Shown here: positions 12,937 to 23,386 of the stretch, one piece after another
Position numbering within the stretch: position 1 is the first letter of the stretch
Layout of the letters: each line of letters begins with the position of its first letter
DNA from: Styela clava
Taxonomy: Eukaryota
DNA length: 64,000 nucleotides
Direction of reading: 5' to 3'
NCBI RefSeq assembly: GCF_964204865.1
Contig: NC_135260.1
Span: 11,098,001 to 11,162,000, forward strand
The notes under the pieces: model-generated
Databases searched by the model: none
Told to the model about the DNA's origin: nothing
What the model saw: only the letters and a program-made list of their open reading frames with translations
Position numbers and translations under genes: made by a program

Positions 12937-14427
12937 TTATGTTTTGTTCTCTATTGCGTTCAATAAATCATCATCGGTAACATTTCCCCAATCATCCTCA
13001 TTTTCACTTTCTGAAATTTTACAATAATTTTCACTCTTATTATTATCACTAGTATCTTTTTCAAGTAAGTTAACATAATCTAGCAATTCTTCATCAGTTA
13101 CATCAAGACCAATATCAACAATATTGTTTGAAACTTCTTTAGGAAAAGGTATCGGAGAAGATTGGTATCCTTGTGATCTACAAACAGGATCAAGGCATTT
13201 CTGGTAACAAACTTTAGAATTTAGATCAGCAACATAATAAATATGATTGCTTTTGTGTTGCCGATTAATATTATTACAAAATCGATTTCCAGAAATATTG
13301 TATATTATAGTATTACTACAAGGAAAGAAGGTCCACTTGTTAACACAGCCTTTTGTATCATTTGAATTTACAATAGAATTTATGAAATCTTTCAACGAAG
13401 GAAATGGAGATTCAAAGCTATCAGTATGAGGAACATTATCGCTAGAAAGTATCGTGTTTAATTCATTTTCTTTTTTTATTCTTGGAGGCATGTCTACTGA
13501 AAGAATTTTAATATTTGAATGGAATTTTACGTTCGACACTAGGGAAGCATAGAACACAAGTTCATTGATGTCCTTTTCTGTCGATTTGTATCGTTTCACT
13601 GGAGGAATATTTTCCTTTTCTTGAGCATGGTGCCTACAACAAGCAGCTCTTACGTTTCCAAAAGACAAATCGAAATTACAAGTTTCTGATTTCTTTAGGG
13701 CAGTAGATTTACCCTTTTTTGTAGACTGAAACAAACGGAAATTTCTATTTCTTGTATATACGCTTTGATCAATAAATGACACAGCTTCACCGTTTGATGT
13801 TAGTACTGTAAATTTATTTCCACTGTTATTGCATATGTTTTGGACAAAACCCCCAACTTCATAGTTGTTTCTAAAAACTGCATTCGGAATGTGAAAAATA
13901 AGATGACGACTAAATTTAACATCATTCGATGAATCAAGTTCAAGAACATGTTTTCTATCACACTTTATTTTGAAATCTTCAAATAACTGTTGGCAAACAG
14001 AATTGATGACTTCGTCAACTAAATCTCCACCATTTATAGATTGATTAAAATTTTTATGATATTCCAAATCAAAGTACAGATGGCATGCGGCATTTTCTTC
14101 AATTACTTCATAAAAATGTTTGTCGCTGTTTTTCATTCTTGAATAATAGAACCAGAATTCTTCGTAACTTGACACAATGAATTCTCTTTTTCCTGATGAT
14201 ACATTGTCAGATTTTGGTTCAACTGCAAAAACCCTCAATTCTTCAGACTTAGCGTGAGCATGACGAAAAGCCTCCTTCAATCGAAAATATTTCGACCATG
14301 TGGGTGGAGGACATGGCAAGTCAGACAACCTCGGCGCATAAAACTTGTGAATGGGGTTCTCTGTGTATTTTTCAGCCAAACGTTCAACTCTTCTTTGAAA
14401 TCTCAAAAACTTTTTCTCGCACGCCAT
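12937..14427 (-). CDS. PRIMPOL: PrimPol paralogue 1, full length, 496 aa, intronless
   Basis: N-terminal helix plus YAPRLS, EFWFYY, HFYEVI, HLYFDLE, KFSRHL, FIDQSVYTRNRNFRL, Zn finger RFC..RQHKSNH..YQKCLDPVC, and an acidic C-tail with two RPA-binding-like motifs. Confidence 0.95.
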   Translation of the reverse strand: MACEKKFLRFQRRVERLAEKYTENPIHKFYAPRLSDLPCPPPTWSKYFRLKEAFRHAHAKSEELRVFAVEPKSDNVSSGKREFIVSSYEEFWFYYSRMKNSDKHFYEVIEENAACHLYFDLEYHKNFNQSINGGDLVDEVINSVCQQLFEDFKIKCDRKHVLELDSSNDVKFSRHLIFHIPNAVFRNNYEVGGFVQNICNNSGNKFTVLTSNGEAVSFIDQSVYTRNRNFRLFQSTKKGKSTALKKSETCNFDLSFGNVRAACCRHHAQEKENIPPVKRYKSTEKDINELVFYASLVSNVKFHSNIKILSVDMPPRIKKENELNTILSSDNVPHTDSFESPFPSLKDFINSIVNSNDTKGCVNKWTFFPCSNTIIYNISGNRFCNNINRQHKSNHIYYVADLNSKVCYQKCLDPVCRSQGYQSSPIPFPKEVSNNIVDIGLDVTDEELLDYVNLLEKDTSDNNKSENYCKISESENEDDWGNVTDDDLLNAIENKT

Positions 14428-14606
14428 CTTAATAACAATTAGTTTACAAAAACGAAATAAATTTAACCATTGAATTTTCTGAAATTAATTCAAAAAATAT
14501 TTTCCGTGTTTTTAAATTACCGTTTCTCAAATACAACCAACTTCATGGAACATTACCTTCAATTTTCATGAAGAAAATAAATAACAGGATTCCTATCTCA
14601 CATATG

Positions 14607-15665
14607 CTATCTCTTAACAAACTTGAACCGTGACAAGATATCTTGATATGGCGTTTTTGAATAATTTACTGGCATTGGCATACGCATCAATTTTTTAAAT
14701 TTGGGGGATTGCATTACCAAAGCTTGTGTGACACCAAAACCACTGGAAATAAACCAATAAAACACCACACCTGATGGCATGTAGATGGCTACTGGTATCA
14801 TAACCACAGAAATGCCCCGCAAAAAATTTATCAAATACTTGGATATACCTTCTAAAGGTGTTTTACCATCACCCCTATGTATTTCAATAGTCGCAAGGTT
14901 GGCAAATGCCATTAAAACAGGCAAGACAAAATATGGATCCGCAAGACATAAGTTATTGAACCATAAAACGCCTTCTTGACTTAATTCAGTATATGTTTGT
15001 ACTTGTGTAGCTGATACACTTGTAGTAAATGGTAAAGATAGAGTCATATTTCTGAGTGAAGCAGTCATAGCAAACCATATTGGAAGTTGTACCCAAGGTA
15101 CTAAATTTCTTCTCAAAGTACCAGGAACTTTATGCTTCTGATACAATTCCTTTTTCCTTTTATGGAAGCTGTTAAAAACATGCATGTCTCGAGTTTTTTT
15201 GTCCCATCTATGTTCTTTACCAGCTTCAACCGCCTCTTCATTCAATTGTTTTATAATTTGTTGCAAAACTGGAGCCAGTAGTTTATGTTTCAAATTTTTC
15301 TGCATTTGCCATATAAACAAAGGGGCTGTGATTGTCAGTCTCAATGACAGAGTACAAATAACAATAGAGACCCACCAAGGAAGACCAGTTAAGTCATGTA
15401 CTGTAGTCAAGTATGATTCCGCCATCTTGACTAAACCACTGTCAACAAAGGAACTATAGATAGATTCCCATGTAGTGGGTTCATAATACTTCCCATAATC
15501 AGCAGCATAATCCAATGTCTCTGGTGGGTTTGATTGTGAAGATGAGACAAATTGAGTTGTGTGGTATCCAGATCTATTTGATTGCCAAAACCGTCTGTAA
15601 TGAATTACATGGTGTGGGTTTGAAGCGATTCTTTTAACTGCAACATTAATTAACAAATGCTTCAT
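14607..15665 (-). CDS. COX18: Cytochrome c oxidase assembly protein COX18 (Oxa1/YidC family), intronless CDS
   Basis: Basic mitochondrial-targeting-like N-terminus; HDLTGLPWWVSIV, WVQLPIWFAMTASLRNM, GVLWFNNLCLADPYFVLP, YWFISS. It lacks the long C-terminal ribosome-binding tail of OXA1L. Confidence 0.88.
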   Translation of the reverse strand: MKHLLINVAVKRIASNPHHVIHYRRFWQSNRSGYHTTQFVSSSQSNPPETLDYAADYGKYYEPTTWESIYSSFVDSGLVKMAESYLTTVHDLTGLPWWVSIVICTLSLRLTITAPLFIWQMQKNLKHKLLAPVLQQIIKQLNEEAVEAGKEHRWDKKTRDMHVFNSFHKRKKELYQKHKVPGTLRRNLVPWVQLPIWFAMTASLRNMTLSLPFTTSVSATQVQTYTELSQEGVLWFNNLCLADPYFVLPVLMAFANLATIEIHRGDGKTPLEGISKYLINFLRGISVVMIPVAIYMPSGVVFYWFISSGFGVTQALVMQSPKFKKLMRMPMPVNYSKTPYQDILSRFKFVKR

Positions 15666-16874
15666 TCTATTATTACTAAATTACTATACTCAAAACATTA
15701 CACTAATTCCTGAAAAAAAAAATACAAAATACATATTTAAAGGCAGTGTGAAATAAACTTTTCCTAAATGCCCAATTATCTTACTTGTATTCTAGTTCAG
15801 CTTCGAAAGTTTCCAAGACTTATAGCAACCAACACAATTACCTTAACCCATTACAACGGTAATATCTGTATTCTGTACTCAGGAAATCAATGTTGCAGAA
15901 ATTCAGTCAAAAGTTAATTAAATGCCATTCCATAAATTCAAAAATCAATCAATAACTCAAGAACAAAAACTATGAATCCCAACAAAATAATTGTCTTAAT
16001 TTGGCAACAGAAATGTTTAATCATGGGTTTACCGTAATGAAAGAGCAGTTCTGAAAGAAAAATATTTAGCTGCACTGCTTTTATTTATAAGCTATCTTTA
16101 TGCATCCACAATTATATGGCATATCAATTTTGCAATGATTGGATCTTATTTTCATAACACCTCTTTAACCCCTTCAAATGAAAAGACATTTTGAATTCAC
16201 ATTTACATTCTGTACATACATGTATTTCCAGTATGATGAAAAAACGAACTACCAATTATTAACTCAATGATATACCTCATGATGAATGTCTATTGAAAAT
16301 ACAGGACTTTCAGCAAAATTTGACTCATAAGTTTATATTCACTGCAGTCATAGGCCAAGTGCATGTTTAGGCTTTAAAAACGTAAGTCAATGTGCTTTAA
16401 TAATAATTGATTTGATTCAAAATAGCCAGAAGAAATACTTTTGTAATAGAATTTGTAAGAAAGTTATAGATATGATCTGCAGCACTAAAATCTGTGGCAT
16501 AAATTGAATTGTGTTTATATTATGCAGTAGTAAGTAGTCCACAGTCTTGTTGTCATGCCCACCACAATATTTCCTGTTTCTTATTTGGTCCACAAACACA
16601 AACATCAGTGAAAAAGGAAAATTGACAAGATTTCATTGCATTGCATGATTCTAAAACAGAACATTAGATGTAGTTCAAAGTATTCACCCACTCAGTTTAT
16701 CTAGTTAGCACAAAATGTTTGACAAGTATTAGAGCTGTAACAATTTCAAAATTTGTTTCTGAGATGTAAGAATGGATAAAAGTATATAAATCGGCTGATA
16801 CTTTCCAATTTATTAAGCTTGTACACTTTTATCAATTTATCACAACAATTTTATTTTTCATTCAATTCCATACA

Positions 16875-18137
16875 TCAAGGGCATTTTCTCTCTACACTAG
16901 ATTTTCCAGCTTCTTCGTATTCTTGTTTTGAAATCCACATTTGCTGAAATGTTCCTAAAGAAGCTAAAATAGATCCACCGATCCAAGGTGAAAACTTACG
17001 TTCAATAGAATTTGTAGGAGCAATAATTTTTAATTTGGCACTTGGTGGTGTTTTGTTTGACAACTCAGCTGTGAGCCTGTCAGTAAAACCTTGAACTAAA
17101 GTATTACCACCAGTTACAATTACACTACTGTAAAGTCCAAGTCGAATATCGACATCACATAATCCTACTGAAGATGATACAACGTGAGGAACGCCAAGCA
17201 TAGAATTTCCTTGGATAAGTGATGGATCAAAAAGAGCTTCTGCAGCTTTCATACGCTCATGGCCAAAGTCTTGATGATATCCATTTGGGAAGCCATAGTG
17301 ACATTGAGGCATTCCCATAGCATCTTGCTCAATGTAAGGTGTGTCTAGGAGTTGTAAAACTGATGCAGCAAAGTCCTCAAGAGTGTAATTCATCATGTAC
17401 TTCTTCCATGATTCTGTAACTTCTGGAAGATCTTTTTTCTTTTCCCAATCTGGTTGACCTCCTTCTTTGGCTTCTTTTTTTGAAGCGATCATGTATGCAG
17501 GGATTACATCAATGTTTAAATTTTTCATTACTTCTCTACATTGCATAAGGATGAAATCGCCACCGAGCGGAGATTTTACGATTCCTTGTTTGAGAACATA
17601 TCCATCGTGTACTGGTACAGCAGTTGTGTGGGTAGAACCGCTATCCAAAACAACCCCAGTTGATCGCCCATTAGCAAATGCTGACAAAACAGGGGATTTG
17701 CAAAGAAAAAAGGCAGGTACATTATATTTCTCAAACATTACTTCCGTTAGTTTTTCTCGCTTGTTTCTTGCATTCCAAGCTGGTTCGGAAAATAACACAG
17801 GATGTAAGTTAGATTCGCTATGCAAGCCACGTTTGTAAGTATAGTCCAACATAGATTCAAATAAATCCCAATCTTCTATCATTCCATCGAGAACGGGTGT
17901 GACAATTTCAGTATCTTTCCTTGGAGTCAACAAAGCACTTGTACCAAAATGCAACTTCTTTGTTGGCTTGGATTCTTCTCCTTCAACTTCCATTTCTTCT
18001 ATTGCTTGGGATCCAACATGAGTAGGAAACACTGATTTGGGACAATCTTCTCCTGCATACCCAGCACGGACAGAATGTGATCCAATATCAATGACCAATG
18101 CACCGACTTCATCTCCACCATATATACCCCCACTCAT
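16875..18137 (-). CDS. ACTL6A: Actin-like protein 6 (BAF53/Arp4), likely pro-orthologue of ACTL6A/B, intronless
   Basis: [20 protein letters not shown]...AFANGRSTG...KSPLGGDF...[31 protein letters not shown] are diagnostic for ACTL6. Confidence 0.96.
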   Translation of the reverse strand: MSGGIYGGDEVGALVIDIGSHSVRAGYAGEDCPKSVFPTHVGSQAIEEMEVEGEESKPTKKLHFGTSALLTPRKDTEIVTPVLDGMIEDWDLFESMLDYTYKRGLHSESNLHPVLFSEPAWNARNKREKLTEVMFEKYNVPAFFLCKSPVLSAFANGRSTGVVLDSGSTHTTAVPVHDGYVLKQGIVKSPLGGDFILMQCREVMKNLNIDVIPAYMIASKKEAKEGGQPDWEKKKDLPEVTESWKKYMMNYTLEDFAASVLQLLDTPYIEQDAMGMPQCHYGFPNGYHQDFGHERMKAAEALFDPSLIQGNSMLGVPHVVSSSVGLCDVDIRLGLYSSVIVTGGNTLVQGFTDRLTAELSNKTPPSAKLKIIAPTNSIERKFSPWIGGSILASLGTFQQMWISKQEYEEAGKSSVERKCP

Positions 18138-19359
18138 GGTTTCTATTTATTGAACTATTAACTTACTTAAAAATTAAAATATTCAATGAAACAAATGATA
18201 ATATGATTATGAGTTTAAAAAGAGATAAGAGAAGAGATTTCTATAGGGAGAAAATACAACAATGTATTCAGCTATATCGGATTTTGAAAATTTCCTTTAC
18301 CTTCCATAAACTGAAATTCATGAATCCATGACTGAAGGTATCTTGACCTAATGCCACAAATGAAAATATTTGAATTGGTAAAAAAAATGAATGCTAAACC
18401 ACTAAAGTTACGGATATGCGAAATATATGTGAATACTCCAAAACACAATTGTTAAAAATAAACTCTTTTCTTCTGTTTAATTGCAAAACTTGTTATCACT
18501 AAACATCCAAAATGAAGCTTTCAAGAGAGTACGCAGGGTGAAAAAGGCAATTTGGTATGGACAGAAAACGCTGGTTCTATAAATAAAATCGATTTGAAGC
18601 TGTTTAATTAGTAATCATGGGAACATGATACGAGTAACTCAGAGCTGAAACACGTAGTGTGTGTGGGGTTCTTATGATAGCAATACCTTCTTTCAACGGG
18701 TTGTGTAATCTCTTATGATGGCAATACTTTGCATTATCCGTCTAATACAATAAAAAATAATTGCACTCTTGCATTTTGATGGCTGTTGTACAGTAACAAT
18801 ATGGTCAACGAATAATAATGTCATAAACTAGCTCCGAATTCGTGACCTCCTTAAATGTAAATTTGAATTTCTTGGGCAACAGTTTTATCTATATGAATGG
18901 TTGTTTATCATTTTGGTGAAAATTACACAAAAACCCTTAATAGTTAAGACTAATGATACAGTGATAATAGGATTAAAATAGCACCTACAGGCTTTGCATG
19001 CCCTAATAAAACTAAATCCATTAGAATTGAGTAAAGGTATTGAAAGTCTGTGCAATTTCCAACACTCAACATAAACAGTTTTCAAAATCCAAACTTGGGA
19101 GACCTCTGAATTTTTTGACCAGTTCATGTAGGTATGAGATCTTCTTTTATAACTCTGGAAACATAGTTTTGCAAAATATCAGCAGTATTTTAGATGTAAC
19201 TGCACGACATGTTATCACAATATCGAAGGGGGAGTTTTTACTGTACAATATGGACATATTTGGGATTGCACAATAATATTCGATTAATTCGAGATTCAAT
19301 TCAATAAAAATATTTGATTCGACTCAGCAAAATATTCGATTTTGGGGAGCCCTAATAAA

Positions 19360-19810
19360 GGGTCTGGTATAGTTTAGTACCACATGTACTTCTAGTTGAC
19401 CTGGCTTAACAATTTTTGCATATGTCAATCCTAACCCCACCTGACTACGTCACCGAAAAATTACGTCATTTCGACGTCACAGTGGCGTAATAAGGCCCAC
19501 CGAAGTATGCGGATGCTTGTCCAAAACGCAGACAATCACCCGAAATCGAGCAAGCAATTTCTCTCGTTTTCTCGTCACAACGATCACTATAGGAGAGAGA
19601 TCGCCGACTTCAGCAAGTTCGTTATCGGCAGCGCAGATGTCATTTCGAGCGATCGTAATTCTACTTTGGCAATCTCTATGACGTGATGGTGACGTCGTAG
19701 TGACGTAATTTTTGGATGGCATAGTCAGGTGGTGGTTAGGAATAAAATATGCAAAATTCGTTATGCTACGCCCACCGGAAGTACTTGTGGTACTAAACTA
19801 TACTAGACCC
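19360..19810. mobile_element. GG-terminal MITE with about 120-bp TIRs, family B
   Basis: GGGTCTGGTATAGTTTAGTACCAC... / ...GTGGTACTAAACTATACTAGACCC; perfect 8-bp TSD CTAATAAA. Confidence 0.9.
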
Positions 19811-21460
19811 CTAATAAATACACATTTTCAAAACTCTCATTGCATCATTGAATTCTGGAATTCGGGTTCTTCATAATATAATTACAGTTATAATACACAA
19901 GCTGACAAGTGTCTGAGTTTCTTTTTAATCCCTTTTTACTGCGAAAATTTTTAAAGATAGATTGTTGCTAATTCCGTGATTATTAAAAAATTAAATTTTT
20001 TCACATAACCAGCTAAAATTTCTATAAATATTTTCAAGCAATCAAATACAGAAATACATTTAGACTACTAAAAGGATTTACAGAAAGATTATAGAAAATA
20101 ATAAAACTTGAAATTCATGGCATTGAAATTTCTTTTTCAGATATAACTTACCGTTCAGCCGTTATTGTCTCATTGTGCCATCTCATATTGATGTGCTGTC
20201 ATTGGACGTTAAATCTCAAACATTATATCAATTCTCATGAACTCCGGACTTTTAGAAGCTTCCTTAAAAACTCTGGTGTTCAATATTGTATTCACCAACT
20301 ATCCATTTTGATTTAAAGCTCGGCATTTGGCAATGATTAAGTCGTCCAGTCATCTTATCGGCTTCCCTTTCCCCCGGGATAAACATGAACACGTTAGATA
20401 TCATCACGCTTTGGATATCATATCCCAAAGCCGAACAACATGTAACATCGCATAAAATAGGCATAAGCAGCTCCCGCCACTAAATTGTCACATGCCAGAT
20501 TCAAAAATGATTAATTAGCGATAAAAAATGCTTCACAAACATTACCGATAAAACACAATAGAATATTTATTGTAATACAGTTTTTGTAACTTTTTAAATT
20601 AATTTGCAATTGTAATATTCAACTAATATAAAGTAATTTTTATTTATATTGCCATTTGTTATGCGTACGATGAGAAGTTGGCAACTGAAAGATGAGATAG
20701 GCTATATTTGCGCCACGAAATGAAATTTAAATATCCGGCTCTTATGAGAGCTGCTGATTAAAAAAAGTATGTCATTCACATAATGATGAATTACTTGTTT
20801 TTCATTAAATTTAAAACTTGTTGCAAGTTTTTTGAAAATAAGCAAGATATATAGAGACATGTTTTTGAACATTTTCGATAATAGAGGAAACTCGTGAAAC
20901 GACGAATCAATGCTTATATTGGAAGTGCCATGTCGGACAAATGTTCGCGTGTTCTGAGGTAAAATGAATAAAACACAGGAAAAAGAAATAGATGATGAAT
21001 TTCATTTGGCGAATAAGCAAAAACAATTGCAAATACCCAAATATGTTTTTGTAAAGGGGAAAAGGTAAATAAAAAATGGGTTTCTGGGTAGGTATCAATA
21101 ATACCCTCTTCATTGACGCTATTTTTATCTTCATAGATGGTATTTCGTGAGACTGCTTTCACTCTTCTTGTGGATAAATATAAAATCCTCTCTAATATAC
21201 GCAACTCTCAGCACATGTGGCCATGCTATCCGACAGAAGATAGTAGTTGCCAGATATATGCATTATGAGTTTCCGACATACAAAGTTTTGTCGCCAAATT
21301 TTATCCGTTTAAAATAAAATCTTTTGTTGAATATTATTTTATTTATCATATTACTATAAATTCTAATATATTCAAACAATTACATGTAGTATATGAAATC
21401 ATCTCTACACAACTATAGTAGTTTTCTTGGTACAATCTGACAACTGCCAAGCCATTTCAG

Positions 21461-21486
21461 CCTTTTTACTTCACGGTCTCGTCTAG
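21461..21486 (+). promoter_or_regulatory. Probable non-coding first exon of RACK1 with a TOP/TCT-like pyrimidine start
   Basis: CCTTTTTACTTCAC... is followed by donor AG|gtaggt at 21487. The matching acceptor ttttcag ends at 22407, 19 nt before the ATG. Confidence 0.6.
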
Positions 21487-21804
21487 GTAGGTCGTGTTTT
21501 ATTTGCAATATTGTTTTTATTGGTTTCTTTTTGAAATTAGCCATTTGTATTTATATGTAATTAGCACTTTTGTTGAAAAGAATTATTGAAGGTTCAGTAA
21601 GTTTTTGTTATGATGCTGAAAAATGTTCCGTTTGGGCAGACTTTGACCCATATTGCAAGATAAATTTCAGGTGCCACAGATTTTAACATTGAGAAATCTA
21701 AGGCTTAAGTTATTCAGTATATCTGGTTGATCTCCAGTCTGCTAGTGGGCAAAATACTTACTTTTTGAACTCTGGATAATGAATGTTTCGTGTTATTAGA
21801 AAAG

Positions 21805-22115
21805 GATTTACATATTTATCCCGGGGGAGAGAAAAGTCGATAAGACAGCTTAACCATATGGTGAACCACGGCCTCTCGTCCGGTTATCATTCCATGTTGA
21901 ATATGGGATTAGTTAGTTCTTTAGAAGCATGGACTTGATGGTTGAGAAAGCCGTAATCAACCAGCGGTTACGTGAACCATTCTACGGCGGTGAGGAGTCT
22001 AGCAATTTTCTCGAACATAACTATCCTTGTATGGGATTCGGACATGCGAACCTACGCAGAGGTGCAGTGGCGAGCGTATTCCTAACGCTTAGCAGGATAA
22101 TCCCCCCGCCACGCT
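21805..22115 (-). mobile_element. tRNA-derived SINE family 1, inside the RACK1 5' UTR intron
   Basis: Pol III-like head (B-box-like GTCCGAATCCC). Body and tail are shared with 34350-34630, and fragments occur at about 20345-20390, 38000-38055 and 5380-5480. Confidence 0.7.
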
Positions 22116-22426
22116 CTGATATATGGTCAAATTAAATGATTTTGAGCTTTAAATAATTTAAAGTATTTTGTTTATGTGTGAAATTTTGGTATTGTGGAAA
22201 ACTGTTATGTATATATAAAAACAGTTAAGCCCAACCACAGAACCAAGTCTGATTAAACATAAATATCTTTCATTGAGGCAGTTATTGCTTTGGCTCACAG
22301 GCTAGTTGTAATTTGACATAGTACTTGTTTAAGTTTATATTATGAAAGCGAAATATACACAACACACAGTGAATCACAGTAACTCACTTTAATTCTTTAT
22401 TTTTCAGGTGCATACACTAAGCAGTC

Positions 22427-23386
22427 ATGGAGCAGATGACATTACGTGGTACCCTTAAGGGTCACAATGGATGGGTGACTCAAATCGCAACTACTCCGGC
22501 TTATCCAGACATGGTTTTATCATCATCTCGGGATAGAAGTATTATATTATGGAAATTAACAAGAGAGGAGGGAAGATATGGTGTACCACAGAGAAGAATG
22601 ACTGGTCATTCCCACTTTGTTTCTGATATCGTTATCTCATCAGATGGCCAATTCGCTCTTTCTGGATCTTGGGACGGCGAGTTAAGATTGTGGGATCTCA
22701 CTTTGGGAGTTAGCACTCGTCGCTTTTGTGGACATACTAAAGATGTCCTATCTGTTGCATTTTCCACTGATAACAGGCAAATTGTATCTGCCTCTCGGGA
22801 TCGCACAATTAAGTTGTGGAATACACTTGGTGTGTGCAAATACACCATAATGGATGATGGACATTCTGATTGGGTCTCCTGCGTCAGATTCTCACCAAAT
22901 TCAGGCAACCCCGTTATCGTGTCATGTGGATGGGATAAGATGGTTAAAGTTTGGAATTTAACTAATTGCAAACTGAAGACCAACCATTATGGCCACACTG
23001 CATTCTGCAATGGCGTTACCGTTTCACCTGATGGATCTCTCTGTGCTTCTGGTGGAAAAGATGGACAAGCTATGCTCTGGGATCTCAACGAAGGAAAACA
23101 TCTTTATACTCTAAATGGCGATGGTGAAATTCATGCAATGGCTTTCTCACCAAACCGATATTGGCTTGCTGCAGCATGTGGACCTTGCGTCAAAATCTGG
23201 GATTTGGAAGGAAAGGTTATCGTTGACGAGCTGAAACCAGAGCTTATCAACATGCCAAACAGCAAAGCTGATCCACCAGAATGTCTTTCACTCGCTTGGT
23301 CCTCCGATGGTCAAACCCTTTTTGCTGGTTATGCCGATAACTTGATAAGAGTTTGGCAAGTATCTGTACCAGCACATATTAGTTAG
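22427..23386 (+). CDS. RACK1: Receptor for activated C kinase 1 (40S-associated WD40 protein), intronless CDS
   Basis: [23 protein letters not shown]...GHSHFVSD...[14 protein letters not shown]...FSPNRYWL; seven WD repeats. ATTAAA at 23473. Confidence 0.98.
   Translation: MEQMTLRGTLKGHNGWVTQIATTPAYPDMVLSSSRDRSIILWKLTREEGRYGVPQRRMTGHSHFVSDIVISSDGQFALSGSWDGELRLWDLTLGVSTRRFCGHTKDVLSVAFSTDNRQIVSASRDRTIKLWNTLGVCKYTIMDDGHSDWVSCVRFSPNSGNPVIVSCGWDKMVKVWNLTNCKLKTNHYGHTAFCNGVTVSPDGSLCASGGKDGQAMLWDLNEGKHLYTLNGDGEIHAMAFSPNRYWLAAACGPCVKIWDLEGKVIVDELKPELINMPNSKADPPECLSLAWSSDGQTLFAGYADNLIRVWQVSVPAHIS

Noticed and set aside
11309-14427. Viral or prokaryotic (horizontally acquired) origin of the intronless AEP genes
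   Set aside because: Both have metazoan PrimPol architecture (WFYY region, UL52-type Zn finger, RPA-binding-like tail), sit among host genes, and have no viral neighbours.
17467-17838. Antisense ORFs over ACTL6 (and similar ones over RACK1, COX18 and the PrimPols)
   Set aside because: They are shadow frames of conserved CDSs with no independent features.
21487-22407. C/D snoRNAs (SNORD95/96 homologues) in the RACK1 intron
   Set aside because: No canonical RTGATGA C box on the sense strand and no recognisable guide sequence.
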